This document shows positions 53,881 through 60,611 of a stretch of DNA of 61,504 nucleotides, piece by piece. How positions within the stretch are numbered: position 1 is the stretch's first letter; the number at the start of each line of letters is the position of its first letter. Source of the stretch: a virus. The translations under genes and the position numbers were made by a program. A model generated the notes under the pieces. It had not been told where the DNA came from, did not search any database, and saw only the letters and a program-made list of their open reading frames with translations. The stretch is taken from the IMG/VR virus record IMGVR_UViG_3300045988_158963, positions 1 through 61,504 of that record; one strand, given 5' to 3'.

Positions 53881-54353
53881 ATACCTTTCTCCTTTCGTAA
53901 TCTCTTATTAAGTGCCTTATAATACTTGATTAACTGCTCGTACTCAAAATCGGCAAACTTTCGGCTAATTCCCTGCTTTGCTTCAAGTAGGATAACCTTC
54001 TGCTCACCATACTTGGCAATCAATCCTTTTCGGTAATTCTGAATATTACCCTCCATGAAGCGGTTACAGTGCCTACATTGAGCGTTGCAGTTCATTTCAT
54101 CGAAACGGGTGTTCATGTGCCGTCGGTTTATGTAGTGACCGTTATCGGCTTGCTCAAACGGCTTTATTTGACCGCAAGAGATACATTTAAAATATCCGTT
54201 TGGCATACAATCACGAAGCCGGATGAACAAGGAAAACTCTTTATCGAGTTTAGCTTTCAAATCCGGCTTCTTCTTGATTTTTACTCCTGCCTTGTCGAAT
54301 ATTGGCAATGGCTTTTCTTTCTTCTTTGATTTTCGTTTTATGTAGTATGGCAT
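53877..54353 (-). CDS. ninG: NinG/Rap-like recombination protein
   Basis: CISCGQ...DNGHYINRRHMNTRFDEMNCNAQCRHCN is the lambda NinG-type Cys/His pattern. Confidence 0.65.
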   Translation of the reverse strand: MPYYIKRKSKKKEKPLPIFDKAGVKIKKKPDLKAKLDKEFSLFIRLRDCMPNGYFKCISCGQIKPFEQADNGHYINRRHMNTRFDEMNCNAQCRHCNRFMEGNIQNYRKGLIAKYGEQKVILLEAKQGISRKFADFEYEQLIKYYKALNKRLRKEKGI

Positions 54354-54757
54354 TCTATTATTGGTTTACACAATTCTACAACTCGTTTACAATCCTTTAC
54401 ATCAAACATTCCGATATGGCAAAGTTCACGTGATATTCCTAACTGGTTGGATAACCACAGGTAGGCTTTGTTTCTGTTAGATGTGTTGGGGATATGCTTC
54501 TTCCAAATCTTGTTTATAAGGTTTGTCTTGGCTATTTGGTCGAAATAGAAATGCGCTTCTTTCTTGGCTTCCCTTAGTTCCGCATTTGCCAAACGCCCTA
54601 ATGCCTGGTTTGTGCCTTTGTGAACTCCGGCATAAGCCCTGCAATTTCGGCAGAGATAAATCATGCCGTATGAGCGTCCGTATATAACGGAACTATCTAC
54701 ATATTCGGTAGGATTGCCACAATAGGGGCAAATCTTACCAGTGAGTATGTCATTCAT
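54338..54757 (-). CDS. zinc-ribbon protein (DUF3268-like)
   Basis: CPYCGNPTEYVDSSVIYGRSYGMIYLCRNCRAYAGVH...LGRLANAELREAKKEAHFYFD. Confidence 0.5.
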   Translation of the reverse strand: MNDILTGKICPYCGNPTEYVDSSVIYGRSYGMIYLCRNCRAYAGVHKGTNQALGRLANAELREAKKEAHFYFDQIAKTNLINKIWKKHIPNTSNRNKAYLWLSNQLGISRELCHIGMFDVKDCKRVVELCKPIIECHTT

Positions 54758-54777
54758 TGATGTATGATTTTAGTTTG

Positions 54778-54837
54778 TGGACGCAGCGGGAATCGAACCC
54801 TTCCAATCATAATTGGGCAGTGCCAGCAATTATGATT
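54778..54837 (-). ncRNA. tRNA-derived 3' module (T-loop + acceptor strand) preceded by an 11-bp hairpin
   Basis: The minus strand reads AATCATAATTG-ctggcactgcc-CAATTATGATT, then ggaaGGG-TTCGATT-CCCgc-TGCGTCC-A. No cloverleaf can be drawn. Confidence 0.35.
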
Positions 54838-54956
54838 AATCTCTGATTGAGTACTCATAAACCAGAGAACTCTTATAGCGTATTTTGCGCATTCATACAC
54901 AATAAGAAAGCACGTCCTGTGCTTGCGCCCGTATGCCCGTCTTTCTGGGCTGCCTG

Positions 54957-55400
54957 TTATTCTTTTTCTTTATATGGATACACGTCCATAATCGCTGTTT
55001 CTTTGATACATACTGCATTGTAGGCAGCCATCGTATTTTTCATCCCATCCGTTAGTTTAGCCATCGCATCACGAAGGTCGGCGGCTTGTACAAGTACGTT
55101 GGTTTTGGTTCTCTTTTCAATGCCTGTTCTTTCATCAAGGGTGATAAACTCCAGCTTGCAGGCAAACCACTTGTCCGCACTTTCTTCATCCGAGAAGAAC
55201 AGCTCTGAATAGTTAGCTCGCTTGATGTCCGATACCGTAAACTCTCCACTAATGAAAGGAGTCATTTCTTCAATAATACGCGCTTCAGCTTCGGTGAAGC
55301 TGAGTGCATCCACTAAATAAGGTTCTGTGACCTTTTTATTCATTCCATTTTCCATTACTTTCTCGTAACGGATTTTACATTCAAACCAGTTGTGTGTCAT
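54957..55400 (-). CDS. DUF4494-family protein
   Basis: WFECKIRYEKVMENGMNKKVTEPYLVDALSFTEAEARIIEEM is the typical N-terminus of this Bacteroidetes phage family. Confidence 0.55.
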   Translation of the reverse strand: MTHNWFECKIRYEKVMENGMNKKVTEPYLVDALSFTEAEARIIEEMTPFISGEFTVSDIKRANYSELFFSDEESADKWFACKLEFITLDERTGIEKRTKTNVLVQAADLRDAMAKLTDGMKNTMAAYNAVCIKETAIMDVYPYKEKE

Positions 55401-55834
55401 ATAAACTCTTTATTACGTTCAATTTCTTGTTGTGCGTAGATAAGCATCTGTTGTTCGTTAGCAGCCGGCAGATAGATACCTGCCACTGATGCACTCCAAT
55501 TACGGAAACGGTCAATACTCAGGGTCATTTCACCTGTTGTCAGTTCGGCAGAACTGCGTAAATAGGTTACTTCATTGCCTTTCTTGTTGACCGTCTTACG
55601 TTCAAACAAATCACGGTTGCAAGTCCTCTTATAGAAGTCAATCTTGGCTTCATCGAGGCTGCAACCGTATTCACTACCGAAATACCCTAAAAGAAGATGC
55701 AAGTAGCTGTTTTGAGCAAGCGTACGGTTAGGAAGCTTCTTTTTTACTTCCACAACGGCCCGCTCCTTGAACAGTTTGTTTACATACTCCTTAAACTTGG
55801 GTATTTGGTATTCATTTTTCAAATCATAAATCAT
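55397..55834 (-). CDS. NinB/Orf-like recombination mediator (tentative)
   Basis: The RTLAQNSYLHLLLGYFG motif resembles the NinB QN..lw signature. 145 aa. Confidence 0.35.
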   Translation of the reverse strand: MIYDLKNEYQIPKFKEYVNKLFKERAVVEVKKKLPNRTLAQNSYLHLLLGYFGSEYGCSLDEAKIDFYKRTCNRDLFERKTVNKKGNEVTYLRSSAELTTGEMTLSIDRFRNWSASVAGIYLPAANEQQMLIYAQQEIERNKEFI

Positions 55835-55837
55835 ACG

Positions 55838-56278
55838 CTAAAACGGCGGTTCTTCCTGCGGAGGATAGACGGGTGGCTGACTCATATAACCCGGCTGCTG
55901 CGCGTATGTAGTCGGGTTGGACTGCTGTTGGGTTGCCTGTGCCGGTTGTTGCGCCGGTTGCCGGGCTTCGATTTTATAGGGACGTGCCTTGGTGAAATAC
56001 TTCACGTTTCCGTCCTTGTCCTGATAGCGCATTCCTTGGAGGTCGAAAGTGATGGTGACGACCTGTCCTTTTGCGAACCGGTCCAGCTCGGCGCATTTGT
56101 CACCGGTGAACTCCAGCTGTGGGAAATTCTCGAATCCGCTCCGCTCGCCCGTCCATGGGTCGTAACGTGTCGCGTCCAGCACGATTTCGCGTTTCAGGAA
56201 CGCGCGGCTGAGGCTTTTTGACGGTATCTGTTCAGTCCGGCCGATTTCAACGATGCGGCCTGTGATTGTGTTTGCCAT
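55838..56278 (-). CDS. SSB-like OB-fold protein (DUF3127 type)
   Basis: GRIVEIGRTEQIPS...KREIVLD...PQLEFTGDKCAELDRFAKGQVVTITFDLQG, with a Q/P-rich tail ending EEPPF like an SSB acidic tip. Confidence 0.55.
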   Translation of the reverse strand: MANTITGRIVEIGRTEQIPSKSLSRAFLKREIVLDATRYDPWTGERSGFENFPQLEFTGDKCAELDRFAKGQVVTITFDLQGMRYQDKDGNVKYFTKARPYKIEARQPAQQPAQATQQQSNPTTYAQQPGYMSQPPVYPPQEEPPF

Positions 56279-56280
56279 TT

Positions 56281-56754
56281 TTATTTGAATTTAATTGTGT
56301 AACTTTGTTTTGCCATTTTAACTGCAGGGTGCAGTGTTATGACCTCCCCAGTGTTATCGTCTACAATAGTTGTATTATCGGGAACCGATTTCAAGAATCC
56401 TTCTCGCTCTTTCATCTTTGCTTGTAGTTCTTTCAAACTTGCCAAATATGCGTTGTATACAGGATCATTGCAAACGCTGTAGTCATATGAAACTCCCATC
56501 TCTTTTAATGTTATCTCGCATCCGTTCCATGAAGTAGACTTGCCGTATTTCTCTGTCTCAGTAATAACGGAATCTTTTATTCTATCGTCATCCAATACTT
56601 TCTTCAATGTGTCATATAACCCTTTTATCTTAGCCACATGTTCTATCGGGTTTACATCGCCATCAAGAACAGGTATGATGATCGAGTTTGCAAGTTCTTG
56701 TTGACTTTGCTTGGTGACAGGGAATATCCCTATCTTCTTAATACTATTCTCCAT
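56281..56754 (-). CDS. hypothetical protein
   Basis: 157-aa ORF between the ERF and SSB-like genes. Confidence 0.5.
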   Translation of the reverse strand: MENSIKKIGIFPVTKQSQQELANSIIIPVLDGDVNPIEHVAKIKGLYDTLKKVLDDDRIKDSVITETEKYGKSTSWNGCEITLKEMGVSYDYSVCNDPVYNAYLASLKELQAKMKEREGFLKSVPDNTTIVDDNTGEVITLHPAVKMAKQSYTIKFK

Positions 56755-57382
56755 ATTTCGATTTTTTATATTGTAGATACATATCTATTACTGTTTGTAA
56801 TTCAACTGACCCTATCTTGTAAAGGCTTTCCATTAACCGAGATACGGAGAAGTTTTGCTTTTTCTGTTTTGCATCCTTCTCCTTTTCTTCTATAAAAGCA
56901 TACAATTTGTTCATGGACTCATCATTGTTCAGAAAGTCCGGTCGAAAAATCTTACGTGCGTCCAGATTAGTCTTTGGCGCATCTGCTGTATTTACTTGCA
57001 AGTTGGATGCTTTGTTTGCATCATCATCATCGTCTATATTTAGGTTCAAGATAGAGCCGATAGCATATCTACGCTGGTAAGTAATACAAGACCCTATGCT
57101 TTGAGGATCATTCTTTACAGGACGCATAGCGTATGACGATAAAATCCATTCACCGGAGTTGTGCATAAGTATTGTTTCTAACTCATTCTCTCCTTTAGGC
57201 ATCTGCATAATAGAAAGCCCGCATTCTGACAATGGTTTTTGTATCACATCCAGTATATCTGCCAGTGAGGCATATTTACTTTTAAAGTAGGGATTTTTGC
57301 TGTCTTTTTTCACCTTCCCAACCTCTTGCTGGAATTTGCAGAGAGCATTGGCAATCTCTTTTATCGATTCTGATCTTTCCAT
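56744..57382 (-). CDS. erf: ERF-family single-strand annealing protein
   Basis: Start moved to ATG 57382 (MERSESIKEIANALCKFQQEVGKVKKDSKNPYFKSKYASLADILDVIQKPL). The track ORF start at 57598 reads through the tRNA-like element. Confidence 0.8.
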   Translation of the reverse strand: MERSESIKEIANALCKFQQEVGKVKKDSKNPYFKSKYASLADILDVIQKPLSECGLSIMQMPKGENELETILMHNSGEWILSSYAMRPVKNDPQSIGSCITYQRRYAIGSILNLNIDDDDDANKASNLQVNTADAPKTNLDARKIFRPDFLNNDESMNKLYAFIEEKEKDAKQKKQNFSVSRLMESLYKIGSVELQTVIDMYLQYKKSKYGE

Positions 57383-57401
57383 ATTATAAATGTTTAATGT
57401 G

Positions 57402-57468
57402 TGGGCGCTAGGGAATCGAACCCCTTTCTTCCCCGGTCGGGGATGCTCTACCATTAAGCTATACGCCC
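57402..57468 (-). ncRNA. tRNA-like RNA with a 4-nt loop in place of the anticodon loop
   Basis: GGGCGTA-TA-GCTT-AATGGTA-GAGC-A-TCCCC-GACC-GGGGA-AGAA-AGGGG-TTCGATT-CCCTA-GCGCCC-A. The D-arm and T-loop are canonical, but the total length is 67 nt and no 7-nt anticodon loop exists. Confidence 0.5.
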
Positions 57469-57812
57469 GGTTGCCGGTCTTTCCCGGCTGTCTTAAACAA
57501 AATAAAATATAAGAACTGCCTGCCTCCTGGCGGTAATTGTTCCCGGATAACCTATCAAAGTACACCGGGATGTTGTTTGAAATAATAAATAGAAACAAAA
57601 TAACCGGTCTCTCACCGGACGCTGTCCTTTAACAGCGGAGTTGATTAATTAAACATTGATTATTAATACTCACCCTACCGTGCTCCTGCCTACCGGACCA
57701 TTGCAAATGTCAAGGTCTACCACTTTCAAGATTTGCGGTTGCCGATCTGAGGCGAGGTTTACACCTCGGATGCTTATTCCTTTCGTGATTTGAGCTATTC
57801 CGACTCAGTTTT

Positions 57813-58955
57813 TTAATCTTGAATTGTTTCTATCGCTTTGAATATCTCATACATCACCTGTGGGACTATAGCGTTTCCGTACCCTTTGATTGATCCGGTA
57901 CACCACGCTGTGAGAGAAATGGTAAGGCACACCACATCAAAGGGAAGCCCATCATTTCCTCGACAAACAGGGGATTGAGTCGGGAAGTTGGACCAAGTTC
58001 TCTCGCAATATAGGTTTGCAGGTTCGGTGAACCCGTTCCATGTTCGCATGGAGTCTTCCAGCTGTTCGCTGTGGGTGTAGGTAACATTCCGTTCATTGCC
58101 AATGCTGTCAATGCTGTTCCCATTTGACTTTTTGGATTGTATTTCTTGCTGTACTTGTCCGCTTCCCGCACATTTGGAGTCGGCAATAGTCCTTTTTTTG
58201 CCAATTCGTTTAGCGTTACACCGAACCCATTCCCATTCCCTTTCTTTTGTCTGACTTTTTCCCGTCTGGCATTCAACTTCTTCATATCCTGATCGGCCGG
58301 CATCATGGCCGTTGGTGTCGGAAGTAATTTCAGATCGATAAACTCCGTCTTCCCCTTTTCGTTGCAGACTTTCAGTCCCTGCGTCTGCACAGTAGGCAAT
58401 AAAGAAGATTCTGTCCCGACGGTGCGGCGCTTCGACGGCACAAGCCGGAATAACAATCGGCTGGATGGAATATCCTTCTTGCTCAAGATCACGGCAGACG
58501 GTTTCAACGATGTATTCTTGTTCGAGTAACGTTTCTTTGTCAGACGCTTCAAATAAAGAGGCTTGACTTTCCACTGTAACTTCACTGCCGGGTTGTACCA
58601 TGCTGATGATTCCACCAACGTTTTCACCAATAACCCAAGTGGGTCGTATCTCTCGTATTGCGCGAAGCATTTCCGGCCAGAGGTAGCGGTCGTCCTCCTG
58701 TCCTTTTCGCTGTCCAGCGACACTGAAGGGCTGACAGGGGAACCCTCCGGTGAGAACATCGATCTTTCCCCGCCAAAATTTGAAGTCTGTTTCTTTAATG
58801 TTTCCATATCCTTTTGATTTCGGGAACCAGTAACTTAGTACAGTCCGAGGAAAGTTATCTATCTCACACCAGAAGGCATTATCCCAACCCATCCACTCAG
58901 CGGCAAGATCGGCAGCTCCGAAACCAGAGAATAGAGAGGCGTGTACTTTTCCCAT
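57813..58955 (-). CDS. DNA (cytosine-5) methyltransferase
   Basis: Motif I LFSGFGAADLA, IV GGFPCQPFS, VI VIGENVGG, VIII HRRDRIFFIAY, X YGNAIVPQV, all in one frame. Confidence 0.95.
   Translation of the reverse strand: MGKVHASLFSGFGAADLAAEWMGWDNAFWCEIDNFPRTVLSYWFPKSKGYGNIKETDFKFWRGKIDVLTGGFPCQPFSVAGQRKGQEDDRYLWPEMLRAIREIRPTWVIGENVGGIISMVQPGSEVTVESQASLFEASDKETLLEQEYIVETVCRDLEQEGYSIQPIVIPACAVEAPHRRDRIFFIAYCADAGTESLQRKGEDGVYRSEITSDTNGHDAGRSGYEEVECQTGKSQTKEREWEWVRCNAKRIGKKRTIADSKCAGSGQVQQEIQSKKSNGNSIDSIGNERNVTYTHSEQLEDSMRTWNGFTEPANLYCERTWSNFPTQSPVCRGNDGLPFDVVCLTISLTAWCTGSIKGYGNAIVPQVMYEIFKAIETIQD
57866..58807 (-). CDS. 313-codon ORF in the +1 frame, nested in the methyltransferase gene (possible overlapping gene)
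   Basis: No stop for 942 nt. It carries LLPTPTA / LLPTPNV / MLPTPTA repeats, RLLFRLVPS, and the C-terminal NPLFVEEMMGFPLMW. Confidence 0.4.
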   Translation of the reverse strand: METLKKQTSNFGGERSMFSPEGSPVSPSVSLDSEKDRRTTATSGRKCFAQYERYDPLGLLVKTLVESSAWYNPAVKLQWKVKPLYLKRLTKKRYSNKNTSLKPSAVILSKKDIPSSRLLFRLVPSKRRTVGTESSLLPTVQTQGLKVCNEKGKTEFIDLKLLPTPTAMMPADQDMKKLNARREKVRQKKGNGNGFGVTLNELAKKGLLPTPNVREADKYSKKYNPKSQMGTALTALAMNGMLPTPTANSWKTPCEHGTGSPNLQTYIARELGPTSRLNPLFVEEMMGFPLMWCALPFLSQRGVPDQSKGTETL

Positions 58956-59097
58956 TTGATTCAGATTTTTTTAGTTGTTAACTTAATCGGATTCCACTTT
59001 GTGCCGGTTCCGAACTGCTCCGGACGAAAACCGTTTATCCTTAGCCAATATTTGAATTGTTTTAGGTTCATTATATTATTCTTTATTTAATTGTTCG

Positions 59098-59472
59098 TTA
59101 ATCCGGGAAATACATCCAATGGGTAATATCTTCACCTTTTAAGCAAGACCATTGCCAGCCTTTCTTATTTATCTCATTCACATAAATGCGTTTCCCTTTT
59201 CCAATACATCCATTTTTATAAAGCACAATCACATTTTTTGTGTGAGAATAAATAGTGAGATCGTCAATGATATGTCCGTATTCGGGCAGTTTATCGTTCA
59301 CACTTATCCATGCCATTTGCCTTGATTGCCACTCTGCACCAGCTATAAAAGCATCTTCAAGATCTTTAGCGCAAAACAATTTCATATTCGTTTCGAATAT
59401 GTCGGGCTCTCGTAGCAGATGCAATGCTACTTTGGTGGCATTGACCTTATATTCATGTGCGTTGCTGTTCAT
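59098..59472 (-). CDS. DUF551-domain protein
   Basis: WISVNDKLPEYG...ITHWMYFPD is the typical DUF551 pattern. Confidence 0.6.
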   Translation of the reverse strand: MNSNAHEYKVNATKVALHLLREPDIFETNMKLFCAKDLEDAFIAGAEWQSRQMAWISVNDKLPEYGHIIDDLTIYSHTKNVIVLYKNGCIGKGKRIYVNEINKKGWQWSCLKGEDITHWMYFPD

Positions 59473-59490
59473 AATTTTTTAATATATACG

Positions 59491-59679
59491 TTAAACATTA
59501 CCCCATTCTCGTAAAGCCTGCTCAACCAAACTTATCTCTTCAGGTGGTACCCTTTTCCTGTCAGGATACTTTAACCGTCCAATAGTTCTAAATCTCGGAC
59601 CGCGTATAGTGGTGTATGCTTCATAAAGCAATCCATCTTCTATTTTATAATAGGCGTGATTGTGACTTTTGTATATCAT
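59491..59679 (-). CDS. small hypothetical protein
   Basis: 62-aa ORF. Confidence 0.45.
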   Translation of the reverse strand: MIYKSHNHAYYKIEDGLLYEAYTTIRGPRFRTIGRLKYPDRKRVPPEEISLVEQALREWGNV

Positions 59680-59692
59680 GATTCACTTGTTT

Positions 59693-59938
59693 TTAAAATT
59701 TCATCTTTTCCAATGCTTCTATCTGTTTTTTCAAAGAAGCAATCTTTTTTAATCTCATCTTCTCGGCTCTTTCCATAGCCTGTTCTTTTGTCTTAAAACA
59801 TACCTTGCCTAAAGGATAACTCGAAAACTCTCCTTTCACGTATGCTCTTATATGTCCATTTCCATAATCGCATATTTCCGCTTCTTTTTCCAATATGCCT
59901 TTTGTTAAGGCATATTTAGTTATAAAAACTTTTTCCAT
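59693..59938 (-). CDS. small hypothetical protein
   Basis: 81-aa ORF with a C-terminal coiled coil. Confidence 0.45.
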   Translation of the reverse strand: MEKVFITKYALTKGILEKEAEICDYGNGHIRAYVKGEFSSYPLGKVCFKTKEQAMERAEKMRLKKIASLKKQIEALEKMKF

Positions 59939-60105
59939 ACTTTTTATTGTTAATCAATATTTCTTTCCGTGCATTACAGGTCTGAGTGTGTTGTATTTTA
60001 TCTTCTGGTCAATATGCCAAAGAAGATCAATACCCAATATATCAGCATGTAAGAATATTATCACTATAGATGATCTGACAACATCTTCAATACTTTCTCT
60101 GCTTG

Positions 60106-60552
60106 TTAAAAGAGAACATAGGAGAATATTCTTTCAGTGAAGCTCATCTCTTCAATCTGAGATTTCCAACTGATAAATTCAGGGGTAATATTGAATTTAT
60201 CGAATAGCGGTCCTTGTAATTCGGATAAATCAATCTTGCGAAGTCCCGCAAGATCAAGCAAACATATGGTCACATCGGAAAGTTCCTCTTCAACACTTCC
60301 TTTAATATCGGCTCTGTAAGCTTTCAGAAACCAATCGTCCCGAACAATGCCTTGATAGGCATTTTTTATGCAGGTTTCGAAGCCTATCATATTGGCTCTG
60401 CTATCATTTCTATCTGCTTCAACCGCTTCCATCAGTTCGCTGATAACAAGACAAAGGAGATGCTCATTGCTCCAGTCGGCATCGTGAAAACCATGATCTC
60501 GTGCAATTTTGTATGCCCGGTCGCGGAGTTCGTTTAAATTAATTGTACTCAT
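60106..60552 (-). CDS. MazG-like nucleotide pyrophosphohydrolase
   Basis: The helical pattern LLCLVISELMEAVEADRN ... EELSDVTICLLDLAG (EExxE/D metal-binding type) fits this family. Confidence 0.55.
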   Translation of the reverse strand: MSTINLNELRDRAYKIARDHGFHDADWSNEHLLCLVISELMEAVEADRNDSRANMIGFETCIKNAYQGIVRDDWFLKAYRADIKGSVEEELSDVTICLLDLAGLRKIDLSELQGPLFDKFNITPEFISWKSQIEEMSFTERIFSYVLF

Positions 60553-60611
60553 ATTGGTGATTACCTGTTTAATGTTGATACTCCCCCATTCCCTCTGATT
60601 CTGTTTTTCTT

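Noticed and set aside
57383-57598. The N-terminal 72-aa extension of the ERF ORF (track 56744..57598).
   Set aside because: The extension reads through the tRNA-like element and gives nonsense-like sequence. The ERF homology begins at MERSESIKEIANAL (ATG 57382).
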